Of a stretch of 64,000 nt of DNA, positions 35,186 through 48,600 are shown in pieces. The position numbers were made by a program, and so were the translations under genes. The DNA comes from Macrostomum lignano (lineage: Eukaryota). Within the stretch, counting starts at the first letter, position 1. The number at the start of each line of letters is the position of its first letter. The stretch covers positions 1-64,000 of the forward strand of contig NIVC01002205.1 of NCBI GenBank assembly GCA_002269645.1, given 5' to 3'. The notes beneath the pieces were generated by a model, which saw nothing but the letters and a program-made list of their open reading frames with translations, ran no database searches and was not told the DNA's origin.

Positions 35186-38100
35186 ATGTTGGACAAACTG
35201 AGATTTTTTCGCGACCGCGATCGTCACAAGGCGTCCAAGGTGCAGCAGCCAGCTCATCAGCAGGATGCTGCTCCTCTACCCGACCCACTGTCTTCGGCTG
35301 GCATTGGCAGCCGAAAGCACCATACAGCCTCTCGGTCTCAGCATCACTCTCGCTCTGCTGGCAGGCACCAAATTGCCCAGCCTGGGCCCTACCACGCTAC
35401 TGAAGACCAACAAACATATGGATTTCAGCATCTTCAACAACCACATCATTTTCAAAAACAGTCCAGTAGCCATTATGCATCCCATATTCCAAGTGCTCAA
35501 CATTCTCAACAGCAACAGCCACCATATTATCAAAAGCCGCAGGAGACAACGCAAGCTCATCGGACTGGCTCAACCTCATCTGGTGGAAGTCGGCAGCTTG
35601 CTCGACCTTCTCCAAATCTCTCAGGTGGTCGTTCTAACTCGACTGGTATTCCTCAACCCCCACCATCTCAGCCTCATTCTCAGTATCAGCAAATGCCTAA
35701 ACATTCGATCCCGAGCAAGCAGCACAAGTCGAGCCGAAGTTCTCGGGCCTCGTCATCAGCAGGAACCACTCGATCAGCTGCAAGCAGCAACCAGACGGGC
35801 GAATCGCTAAAGTACTCATCGATTCCTCTTCCTACGGGACCACCAGCCTCTACTGAAGTGTCTGGACAGCCGCAGAGAACCTCTGTCGCTACACAATCAA
35901 GTAGGCATGATAGGCACAAAGCCAGGGAGCTTTACAATTCTGGAGGTGTTTCCCAAATCCTTTCTGATCATCAGAAGCTGTCACAGACCAGTGTTTCGAC
36001 CTCCACTGTATCGGCTCCCTCAGTATCAAGGTCTCCTGCTCCAGACTCATCGCACTTTATTAACTCGGCAATGGCAACCACCAACTCAAAGCCGTCGTCC
36101 ATGGCTTCCTCAACGCAGCTAAATGGACCGACAACTTCGTTGCCCATGTCGTCGGCAGGTTTTTCCAAGCAGCGACAAGTTTCGTTAGGCCGTGGAGTCA
36201 GCCAGACAGTGGGATCTGAGGCCAAACAACCGCAAGTATCAGTCGGTTGTGGAACAAAGCAATTACCTGTGCCGTCTGCTGAAACGGGTGGTCGACAGAT
36301 GGTCCCCAAAGCAATCGTTTCCAATTTTGCTGCTTCTACATCTTCATCAAGTAGAGAAGTTCGCGCCAAGTCAGAGGGAGTTGACGTTATAGCTACGCCA
36401 CCGTCAGCGCTAAAGTTAGAGTCCGGCGGAGTACAGCTTTCCGAGCGCCTGCGCGAACGAATAGAGAAAGCTCAGTTGTCTCAACAAAATAACTTTATTG
36501 GCTCCCCTGCAAGGCTTTCTCGGCCGCAAACATCCGCTACTGCTGGAAACAGTCCCTACACCTACCTGAAGTTAGTAAACTCCGGCATGGCTCATCTTGT
36601 TGGCCAACAAAACGCTGATGCATCCGGGTATGCTTCCGACTGCGACCCTCATATGCGTAGCAGCAGTGGTTATACCAGTGACGGGGGCTACATGAGCGAG
36701 AGCGGTATTGGATCATGTGCTAGGCGTATGCAGCAAAGATTTCGAGAGGGCATGCAGGCCGTTCAGGAATACAATCGTAAGACAACAGATCGATATGCCC
36801 ACAAGAGTAATGAATTAGACTCTGAAACTGACATGCCTGAAGTCGATGGTGAGGACTCCAACTCTGTGAGCTCCGGAGAGATTTCCGATGCCGTGGCCGA
36901 GTTGGAAAAAGACGAAAGTCTGCTGAAGACAAGCACTTCTGCAGCCCCAAATGCCGCTTCTGCAGCTTCTGCTGCAGCTTCAATTAGGCAGCAGCTGCGA
37001 CAGAAGCAGCAGCAGCAGCAAGGTTTTGTCAGCAGCTTTCAGTCTATGCCAATTGGCCGGACTCTCCTTAACCGCAGTCGCGTGTCACCCTCTGCTGCCG
37101 CTGCGGCTGCTGCTGTTTCTGATCAATATTCTTCAACTCTTCGTCGCTTTGGGGCCCTGTCTGATGCAGAGGCATCCGATCTTACTGACGATTATGGCTC
37201 GCTTAATTTTCGTCGCGGTGACGCTTTTGATAGAATCGGTGGTGATCCGAGCTGCTATTTTTCTGATACTGAGATGATTGGCGCCGTTTCGTGTAACTCT
37301 GCTGGATCACAGCAGCGCAGCATGTTGTCCCGACTTTATCCTGCCGAGCAGGCGGACGGCATTCGACTCACTGCAGGACAGGCGCCAGCAGCTCCACCTA
37401 GTGACCTCTTGGGCTCCGATATTCTCAGTAAGTCTGCACGGCACGCTAGATCGCTTAGCGCCAGCAAACAGCTATCCTCTCCAGTGCGCGACGTCAGCCC
37501 TGCCTCTAGCCTGTCAAATATCAGACTACCTTATTCCCCGGTAAAGTCCAGTAACTCAACAGGATGCTTTCAGCAACAACCACATGCTGCTTTAGCAACT
37601 GCTAGTGCAGAAGCAAAGGAGACTAGGGGTTCAAGTCTGTCTCTGTACTCCAACCACTCTAATTTGTCGTCAATGTCGGCTAATGAAGAAAGACAGCTTT
37701 ATGAAATCCAAAAGCTTAGAAGGGAGTTGGAACAGGCCCATGAACGAGTGAGCACTCTTACCAGCCAGCTCAGCACCAATACGCATGTAGTATCGGCTTT
37801 TGAGCATTCACTGGGTGGCATGACCGCTAAGCTACAGCATCTAGCAAACACTGCCGAAAAGAAGGAATCTGAATTAAACCAGCTTAGAGCGACTGTCGAA
37901 GAGCTCCGCAGACAGAGCCTGGCTGCCACAGCTGCCACAGTGCAGCAGGAGTCTTCGGTGAGCCCCGCATCCCCCGACGCTTCAGCCAAGCCTAGCAAGC
38001 GCCACTGGCTCAGAGAGTCTTTCGGCAAAGCGCTAAAATCTTCTGCTGCGGTATCGCGCAAAAGCAAATCATCCGCCAGCTCAACAGGCGCTCCAGCCTC

Positions 38101-40239
38101 TAACCGCGGCTCCATCTCAGACTTTGACGAACCGTGTAGCCCGCTGACCTCAGAAAACCCCAGCACATCGTCTGTTAGTCAGTTAAAAAGGCAGCTAGAA
38201 GAGAAAGAGCTAAAGCTAAGTGATCTGCAGACTGAGGCCTTAAACTCTGCTCACCAGCTTGAGCAGCTGCAGAATTTGATGGGGCGAATGAAAGCCGAAA
38301 TGTCAGCCCTGAAAGCCGACAATTCCAGACTACAGTCTGTTTTTCCTGCCGCACAAGAGCAACCATTGCCCCAGCAGCAACAGCAAAAACAACAGCAGCA
38401 ACAACAACTGCAACAAAATCAGCAACAGGTAAGTCTGAGCAAGCGGCTAAGTCTGGATTCCGGCACTGCCAGCATTGGATCAACCTATTCAGCAGCGGGT
38501 GGTTTTGACCTGATCTTCGGCTACAGCGGTTCCGAGGACAGCAAGCGAGTGACGGTGGTTGTGTGCTCTGCTGACGATGATTCTGGACCGGCCATTCCCA
38601 TCGGCTGTCTTCCTATTGGCAGTCGCACTAAGTGGGAGACGATGGACGCCTATGCTAAACGCCTTTTTAAGGAGTATGTAATGCGCATTGATCCTATGGC
38701 TAGCCTAGGTCTCAACGGAGACTCAATTGCCAGCTACATGCTGGGCCAGGTGACCCGGTGCCGCGACCAGCCTGAGCCAGATGTTCGGCCGCACGTTTGC
38801 GCTGATGATCCCGGTGGTTTGCGGCTGCTGCTTCGATCCTGTTCCACAGGAGGCCACATTGATTCTCTTGCGTTTGACACTCTTATTCCGAAAGCTATTC
38901 TTCAGCGATACATCAGTTTGCTTCTGGAGCATCGAAAAATAATTTTATGTGGACCTTGTGGAACTGGTAAGTCGAATACATTAATTTACGAGGGGTGTCA
39001 CTTTTGCATTTTAAACTGATTCCAATTTAACGCTTAACTGGGAAAGCACAACGAGACAAAGTGGAACAATCTATAAACATTTTGACGTTTGGAACTTTAG
39101 AAATCTAACAAACAAAAAAGTTAGTGTCTGCACAAAACTCACGATGTAATTTTAAACACAGTTAAGCAACTGCTCATCAACTGTAGGCACAGACTATGAT
39201 TTAAATGATTAGATGATTTTAAAAGATTTCCCTTTTAAAATTAAAACGCCCCTGACCTAATAATAGTGTTGTTTCAATCCTGTACTTTATCTGCAGGCAA
39301 GACATATCTGGCTCAGAAGCTCGCAGACTACATTGTTAAAAGAGAGGGAGCACCCAGCAGTGCCGTCACGATGTTCGTGGTAGATCACAAGAGCGAGAAA
39401 GAGCTAAGGTCTTATCTAAACGGCATCGCTGATGAGAAGAGTGGCAACGAAGTTCCCCTGGTGATCATACTAGATAACCTCCACCACGTGAACCCACTAT
39501 CAGAGGTTTTGAACTCGTACCTCAATTCAAAAAGTCCGTACATCATCGGCACCATGAACCAAGCCGGCTGCTCCTCTGAACGGCTTCATGCGGCCAAACT
39601 GCAGCTACACAACACTTGCAATTTCCGCTGGGTGCTCTGTGCAAACCATATGGAGCCGGTCAAGGGATTTTTGGGGCGCTTCCTGCGCAGAAAGCTACTT
39701 AACTCAGAGGTAATGGACCGTGCCTACAAGCCCGAGGCAGCCCGCATCGTAGATTGGATCCCCAGCGTGTGGCAGCACCTCAACAAATTTTTGGAAACGC
39801 ACAGCAGCTCGGAGGTGACCATAGGGCCGCGGCAGTTCCTATCCTGCCCTGTTGGCACCGAGCAGTCTCAGCTGTGGTTTGCTGATCTGTGGAACCATAG
39901 CCTCGTGCCCTACCTGCTCGAGGCCTGTCGCGAAGGCCTCCAAACCTATGGCAGGAGGGCGCCCTGGGAGGACCCCACTGAGTGGATCATGGCTACCTGG
40001 CCGTGGGAATTCTCGCCGGCAGTTGACCTTATCCGCCTCAGGCCGAGGATGTCGGCTACGAGACCCACCCGGCTTTGTCGGTCGCCTCGCCTCTCAGGCA
40101 GCAGCAGCCAGCCGTAGCCACCACCGCCTCTGCCAACGAAGATCCGCTATTGAGCATGCTACTGAGGCTGCAAGCTGCTGCAAACTTTGGTGCCGACACC
40201 GCTGCTGACTCGGAGTTTATGAGAGAGCCAGCTGAATAG
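35186..40239 (+). CDS. unc-53: Neuron navigator / UNC-53 family protein; exons 35186-38966 and 39297-40239, apparent 1-bp deletion near 40045
   Basis: MLDKLRFF, GYxSDGGYMSES, EIQKLRRELEQA, NTHVVSAFEHSL, WLRESFGKA, AAA ATPase GPCGTG|GKTYLA split by a GT-AG intron (38967-39296), RWVLCANHMEPVKGFLGRFLRRKL; LRP-EDVGY...DPLLSMLLRLQ resumes in a shifted frame. Confidence 0.93.
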
Positions 40240-42444
40240 CTACTCGCTAACCGCTTTGAATGTAACTCGTGCTCGGTGGTTTTTTCCTCATAGTCTGTAT
40301 AATAATGCTAAGAGCTGTTTTCGATATTGTCACTCGTGTAAATTTAATATTGTTATTTCTGACTGTCACAGTACAAATATTGATAAATTCAGTTCAATTT
40401 GGGTACTCTGCTCGTTCGACTTGAATTTTGTACTTCTTGGTATAGTCTTCGTGTAGCTAGTCGTTTTTCTCTCTAAAAATAAAGCAGAGTAGCTTTTTAA
40501 TCAAATTAATATTTATTTACTTGCGTTTTAACTTCTGGGTTAAAACTTGCAAGTTCTATGTAATATTTTTACAGCTTAATTACATTAGCTTGTATGTTTT
40601 GTGGGTGATTATACGAGTATTGTGCTTCACATGCAATATTATACTCCCATGTCTAGTCAAGTTTATGAGAACAAACGTCGCTTTTCTACTCTATTTACTA
40701 CATATAATCTGCTCTATTTATCTCCTCCCGAGATAGTTTAGTCATTGCGCTGCATTGTCGCAAACTAGCATAATTAATTTTAGCAGCAAACTTATATTTG
40801 AACATTAATTAATGCTCCTATATATTAGTATTGGTATTCATTAAAATATGCTTGGACTCGTAATTCACTTTTAAGCTGCTTGCTTGCTGCATTCGAATCT
40901 TTCAAAATCTTTTAAAATATTATTTCCTTGTTATTTACTCACTTCAACTGTAAAGGCTTTTTATTCGTAGTAGGTCTACAGCTTTTGAATATATTGCAGC
41001 GCTATTGTGAACGCACAATTTTCTTTTTTAATTAGCCATAATAGTGGCAGTATTTATTTCGAATAACATTACGCTTGAGTGTCGACTTTGTGTTTACCTG
41101 AAATCAGAGTTTTCCTTCCTGAGCTGGCTGGATTTCTCCGCACTCACTTTTTGTTTGTATAGCTCTGAATCGTCCTTGAGAATTATTCTCAATTTTTCTG
41201 AGTCAGCTAGCTGTACTGTTTTACTTATTTTAATTATAATTAAGACAATTTTAGAAGCCGATCTGTTTTGCTTTGCAGCTTTATTATTTTAGTCAAAAAT
41301 ATCAGCTGTTCACTAATAATAAATGTCGTATTTATATAAGCCTTACACTAGTTTTTGCATCTGTTTCCGTGGACCATTTGTTGTAAAAGTACAAACATGC
41401 GAAATTTATCCCAGAATTGCCATGTGCCGGCTTTCTGGTTGCTACTACCCTTTGTTTACTTTTTTTAGTTTAAAATTAGTTTAGCTTAACTATATTTTCA
41501 GGACTTGTTCCTGATATTCCGTACGTAAGGTAGTTAGTTATAAGAAATAATGAATAGGGTAGCTGCATTTGAAGACTTTTGCTTACACAGTTATCCAACT
41601 AGGCCAAATTCCATATGGTCGGTCGTCTGACTCGTGTCTATTTTTATCTCTACGAGTACATTGTTCGTTGTGATACATCAACGATGGGGTGTAGAAAAAT
41701 CTTCTAGAACGAGATTGAGTGGGTTTCCTCATTAACCTCTAGGTAAGCATAGGAAGGCTTGGCGAGATCGCTGCCAGTTCACGAGATATTAGAACCTACT
41801 TTGAATTTGGATACTAAGATCAATTTATATTTGCTCTCTTAATGCTGACCTAATTGCGCAATCGACTTTGATCTCGTGAAGGATCGATGTCAAGTTTTGT
41901 TCATGCAGCCACCAGTATCAGTGATTTTTCATTCTCAATTGCAGAAAGGTCTCTGGAGAAACATCCGCTCAAAATCGGGAGCGGCCTCGGCCAGTGGACG
42001 TAGCGACGAGCCAGGACATTCAGATACACCTGGCCGGAAGCAGGACTGTGACCAGAATCTGTACAGGTAGGTTGGATTCTAATTACTTTCTGTTTTAATG
42101 ACTGCTGGTTAGTTGTCCTCCGTGTTGGAACAGATTAGGAGTTTTGCCCCTTCCTTACGTTTTATAAGCAACGCTTTTATTGTTGGGCACACCAAAGTAC
42201 GAGCTAGTATCTGTACTCTGTTGAATTTACAGATAATAGAAGACAAAACTTTCTCTGATTGCAATGCAAAATTTACTCTTATTAATAATGGAGCTAAAAC
42301 TCGAAACTTGAACGTCTCAAAACTTTGCCCGTTTTTTCCTTGGTAAGAGACAAAAGTAGCAAACGGAACAGAGTAAGGCGAAAAGTTTGGTCTTCTCTCA
42401 GTTTCATCACCACTTTACCCGCCTGGAAGTAGGTTTCAAAAATC

Positions 42445-42565
42445 TGACACTGGTTTCAGACACTCCCGGTTGACACAGTTGTTTCAGACACTCCCGGTTG
42501 ACACAGTTGTTTTAGACACTCCCGGTTGACATTGGTTTCAGACACTCCCGGTTGACACTGGTTTC
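42445..42565. repeat. Tandem repeat TTTCAGACACTCCCGGTTGACA (4-5 copies) upstream of arrestin
   Basis: Direct reading. Confidence 0.85.
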
Positions 42566-42685
42566 ATGGTAAATAAGTATCACTTGTATCTCAAACCCCG
42601 CAGTTCAAGTCCGACTCGGCCCAGTGGGAGCAACGGTAGCAGACCGGTCCATGTCACCGCAGCTTCGAGCGATTGTGCCGCCAAA

Positions 42686-45600
42686 ATGGAAGAGCAGCGT
42701 GAGGCCAACCAAGAGGTTAAACTGCGACAGGGTACGCGTGTGTTCAAGAAAAGCTCGCCTAACGGCAAGATCACCGCCTATCTGGGCCGGAGGGACTTTA
42801 TTGACCATCTGACTCACGTTGATCCGATTGATGGGGTAGTGCTAGTGGATCCGGAGTACGTGAAGGACAGAAAAGTATTCGTCCACGTGCTGGCCGCCTT
42901 CCGCTACGGCAGGGAAGACCTTGACGTCCTGGGGCTTACCTTCCGCAAAGACCTCTACCACAGCAGCCGCCAAATCTTTCCACCGCCAGCGGAAGATGCG
43001 TCTGCAGCTGAACGAAAACTGACCCGCCTGCAGGAAAGGCTGGTCAAGAAGCTGGGCGAGCATGCTTACCCGTTTCGCTTTGATCTACCGGCACAACAGA
43101 GCCCGGCCTCTGTGACCCTGCAGCCCGGACCCAACGACAGTGGCAAGCCATGTGGTGTAGACTATGAACTCAAAGCGTACGTAGCCGACTCCGAGGATGG
43201 AAAAAGTCACAAGCGAAGCACAGTGAAATTGGCTATCAGGAAACTCACTTACGCGCCCGCAGAGCCCGGGCCGCAACCCAGCGCCGAGGTGAGCGGCGAG
43301 AGAATTTTATACAAGCTTTCGGTTTTTTGCATTGGGCGCTTTAAGGCTCATTTATACTGCCATCAAACAAGCCACCAAATGTACCTGACCAATGTACTAA
43401 GAAATCAAATTTGATGTACAAATTGTAATCACACGTAATTGGGTCTTATTTGATGGTAGTGTAAACGAGCCTTTACTAGTAATTGTATTGCCATAGTAAG
43501 TAATCAGAGACAGATTGGTTTGGTTGAGATGCACGATCACAACTTCTTATAACGTCGCCTCGTATATTTAATTCATATTGTAATGCTTAATTACCTGGTA
43601 AGAGGCACCGTGCCAAAACAAAATATTATTTAAGTACAATAAGCTAAAAGCTCACACCGACAGGCACTTACCAGTTGGATTTGAAGTTTTTAAAGTAGGC
43701 ATGAAAGGTGAAGAGTTTTGCACCTTCTGCCTCACTTTCGCCTCTCCTATGCCTTTTCTGTGCCACTTGTGCACCTTTTGTTCACCTGAATGCCTCTGCA
43801 GGGGCGGAAGGTGAATTTAAGGCACAAAATAGGCGGTAGGGGCACAGGTGTTGTAGGTGAGCTAGGGTTTACACCTTTACTGCCCCTACCGCCACAACAA
43901 ATCAAAATTGAGAATTCACCTACGGCCTGACCACTTCACCGATTGTGCGCCTTTCATGCCTCTTTTCAAAAATATTGGTGACATTTAGGCATAAAAGGTG
44001 CACACAGGTGCATTTCCAAAACACACACGAAATAGGCCACCAAAGTGCCTCTTTTGTGCACCTCGTTCACCTTTTATGCCTCTGCAGGTGCATAACTTTT
44101 CCAACGGGACTATGCTTTCAACACTCCCTGAACATACTCCTTTGAGTATGTTCAGTTCTGGGAGTATGTTCAGTTCTCCAGTAGAGAGCGGAAGTAGATT
44201 GTAATCTCCGTGGGAGAGACTATGGCGATCATGTAGTCCCCCTGGGTGTGTGGTCTGCCCATAGAGTTTTTTATATTTTGCGTTGCAATCTCTCGCATAA
44301 ACTATTTTTACGAAGAGCCGTATTTAAAAATGCATAAACACAAAAAAGTTCAAAAGTTTATGTAATTTTCTTGATCAAAGCCAAAAAGATATTTTTATAG
44401 GTTCGTAAATCCATCCTAGTTAATTGTAAGTGATTGAATAAGCAGCGTAAATTTGAGAGCACTTGTAGTATAAGCGCCCAATTCTAGATGAACTTCATTG
44501 ATCCAACGGGAAACGTCCTTAAACTTGTACGACGTTTCGCCCGATCGATCAACACGGCGCTTGTTGTGAAGCCGCACCTTGTCACCGCCAACTTTTAACT
44601 CGCCGGAATTGGCCGCTCCTAGTCACTGCTGGTGTATGCGCACCATGATGCGCTGAGCCCAACGAATTCAGTAATAGAATTCGCGCGCGATCTTCGTCCT
44701 TGATGCGCAACCAGTCATGATCCAGCGTTGGCTCCAGGTAGCGCCTATCTGCCTCTCCACCAGCAGAGTCGGAAGGAAGAACAGCGGTGTGCCCAAAAGC
44801 GGCCTTGAAAGGAGAGACACCTGTGACTGAATGTTGGTCGATTACATGGTTGCAAAATTCACGACCTTGATTCGATAGAAGAACTCGTGGCCAGCCAAAA
44901 ATATTAAACATCTCCCGCAAGACAGTGGTGATCGTCACCGCCTGGATGTTTGATAGAGCTCGAAAAATGGCAAACTTGTTGAATTTTCATGTGATTGTCA
45001 GGGTGTACTTGTCTCCTGTAGTTGGAATTCAGATTCATCAAATTACGTCACTAGTACATTTATATGTCAGAGCTACTCAGTGCTGCCAGCCCCGAGGCTT
45101 AAAGCTTAAATAATTTGTCTGCGCCAAAGTGCACGCCCACGGTGCGCGTAAGGTTGCAAAGTGTGCTCACCGAATGTGTATGGATAAGTGGGGAGGGTTC
45201 AATTAAGAGAGAGACTAGAAAGTCCGAGTTGTCGTAACTTGCTGTCTCCCCTAGGAATTGCGAGCGCAAGTCACTCGATGATCGTTTTTCGCTCTCCGGG
45301 AGGAGAGCGCATGAGGTGGGAGAGTAGAAAGTCTGACACCGGGGATGTGATCATGCAATGAGTACATCCTTCTAATTAAACTTATAGTCAGTCAATATGG
45401 ACGATGAAGCCTAGATCATTGGCTCATCAAAAGTGACACAATCCAGCGGCGCCACAGGTAGTGCTTTTGGGAGCGGCGGAAATCATCGTTGAAATTGGAA
45501 TGCACGTAAAACCCTATCTGACTTCGAGTGCATAGAAGTAGAAATTAGCTCAGCGGTTAACAGTAGAAAGACCATGGAGGTGTATTTCAAATACACACAT

Positions 45601-48600
45601 TTTACCTTTGTCTGGATCTCCAAAGATATTCAACCGATTGCCATGAAAATCCAGAACACGGGCTAAGATTTTCCGCTCTATTCGATAAAGCAACTTTGAG
45701 AATCACGAAAAATCGGCATCGTCGAGATATTCAACGATTCTCCTCGGGGTGTCTGGTGGCAAAAACCACCAACATTGGCAAATTTTTCTGCTCACAAAAT
45801 CTCATCATGAAACCACGTCACCAAACCAGGCATGTCTGCATATTATACAATGGTCCTGCACCATGTTAAGCATTCAGCTCTATCTGGACAACCTTTGGGA
45901 CCATCAACGAAGTGCCACCAAGCGGCCCCGACGAGCTGGCACCCCCAAAATCGTGATTTTTCTATCAAGGCACCAAACCAGACATGTTTGCATATTATAC
46001 AATGTTTTTGCACCATGTTAAATTGGAGAACTACATATTAAATTGGCGACTGAAAAATAAATATATAATTTGGCAAAATGATATTACAGCATGTCAAAAG
46101 TGATATTACAGCTAATTCAGAGCAGAAGGATGTGAACACCGAGACATAGACACAAAAGCAGAGTTAATTGTCACTATTTAATTTGGTGCACAAAGTGTGC
46201 AGTAATGGTGACTCACTGTCTCTTCCATCGCAGTGTGTCTTCGGCAAATTCCTTAGTCACACATACAACACCACGAGTGCGCATCACTGTTCCAAGAAAC
46301 GTGAATCCCATTTCTCGGTACAAGATTGGCCAGCGCAGGACTCGAGAAGAATCTGTCAAATGTGTGCTGTACCGGTGCCCTCTGAATGGATCAGCCAAGC
46401 GGCAAACAATTGATTACCACTCCACACCTCGGAGCCCTTGGCCAGCCGAGCATCGGATTTCTGTGATACAAAAGTAGTGAACAGCAGTGTCCTTTGCCAG
46501 TGCAGATTTCCGCATTGAACACATAACGGATGTCAATGTCATCCTGATTCTCTGGATTCCCAGCCGATGTCAGCAGGAACAGCTTGGCACCATTGCGACG
46601 GGCTTCTCCTTCAGAAAGACCGTGAAGTCAAAGTCCATACCCCAATAGAGAACCAGAGATTCGTCGACGCAGAGGTACGGCCCGGGAAGGACAGGATGGC
46701 GCAGCTGACTGACAAGGTGTCGGATGCCGCAGAGCTTGTCCGTTGCGACAGTCCGCCGACGATGTTCGGCAGTTTCGAATTTAACATGTGCAAAAGCATT
46801 GTATAATACGCAGACATGCCTTGTTTGGTGCCTTGATAGAAAAATCACGATGTCGGCGTTGCCAGCTCGTCAGGCCCACGTGGTGGCACTCCGTTGAAGG
46901 TCCCGAAGGTCGCCTGTATGTCTATAGGTCAGCCTAGAGGGTCACCATCGTCCATTTCATTCACCAATTATGTCTAATGACTGAATGCTGAATGCAGAAG
47001 AGGATTCTTCCATTTCAGTTTTGGGAACGCCGCCGTCTAGAGAACCAGAGATTCGTCGACGCAGAGGTACGGCCCGGGAAGGACAGGATGGCGCAGCTGA
47101 CTGACAAGGTGTCGGATGCCGCAGAGCTTGTCCGTTGCGACAGTCCGCCGACGATGTTCGGCAGTTTCGAATTTAACATGGTGCAAAAGCATTGTATAAT
47201 ACGCAGACATGCCTTGTTTGGTGCCTTGATAGAAAAATCACGATGTCGGCGTTGCCAGCTCGTCAGGCCCACGTGGTGGCACTCCGTTGAAGGTCCCGAA
47301 GGTCGCCTGTATGTCTATAGGTCAGCCTAGAGGGTCACCATCGTCCATTTCATTCACCAATTATGTCTAATGACTGAATGCTGAATGCAGAAGAGGATTC
47401 TTCCATTTCAGTTTTGGGAACGCCGCCGTCTCTGAGATGCCGATTGGGTGCTTTTGTTGAAGGTCCCGACGGTCGCCGCCGATGCTCCATACGGTGATGA
47501 AGGCGACCCTGGTGCCTGGGATGCTGGGAACAAAGGCATCTACCACAGATGGACCCAAATTTTGAGCCAATATGGATCTACCATAAAGATTTATACAGTG
47601 CAGTGTTTGTTGTCCTTGCCACCAGTGTCTTCGACAAGAATCGTTGAATATCTCGACGATGCTTACGTCGGATGACTTTGAAAGTTAGTTTGTCGAAAAG
47701 GGCAGAAAATTTTGATCCATATGGTGGAATTTTACGAAAATCGGTAGTTCGGTTTGCGAGCTATCGTGAAATGGGTTGTGTGTATTTGTAAAACACCCCC
47801 GTGGTCTTTTCCCATGGGAAAAATAGCGTGGTCTTTCTACTGTTAACGGATCTGGCCACAACCCCTGGTTTGATTTCGCACGTGCCCAAATTCATTTGCG
47901 TGTTGTGCTCAAAAATGGCTGAGAGCAATTCATACCTATGCCGGCATACCACCAAGGCACGGAGAGTGCACATGTCTGACAGAGTGGGCATGCCTGACAA
48001 CTAAAAAGTCGGGGCCGCTGTCCACCCTGAGTACGTGCCTTCGTACAGCATCTGCGCTACTCCGCAAGTATGTTGCTCAGGACTTTGCCGAATGGCAAAA
48101 TTGCCTTACCGCTAATCGTGAGACGATTTCGGCAAAAACTTACGGCATTCTTTTAGTTACTTTTTACTGAAACTTTGGATTTTTGACCGAATGTGCCTAT
48201 TAGCGATCAATAAATAGGCTTAAATTTAATAATTTTTATAAGTTTCTTAATATAACAAGTTTACAATTTTCCATACAAAGTTTTTGAGCTTTAACTGAGC
48301 TAAAATTTGCAACGCACTTTCTCAAAAAGAATCAAGTCGCTGTCAAGAAGATATTAAAAAAATATGCTAGAAGGTCTGATTTTTCCATAAGCGCTTTTCC
48401 CACACCCTGTTGCGCAAATCCTCACTGCACCTCAGCCCATTCTTGCCAAGTCTCTAAATTCCATCAGCACGCCGACCACATGTGTCTGCATCAGGCCTGA
48501 CTTCGTTTACCCAGGCAGAGTGCCTGAACCCTAAAGGTGGCTCCAGGTGACTAACTATGGACACCTATTGCAACTATGTCGATTTTTCTGATCAAACCTC

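Noticed and set aside
42566-42685. Upstream in-frame ATG extending arrestin by 40 aa
   Set aside because: It abuts a tandem repeat and the extension shows no arrestin similarity; ATG 42686 in GCCAAAATGG context is preferred.
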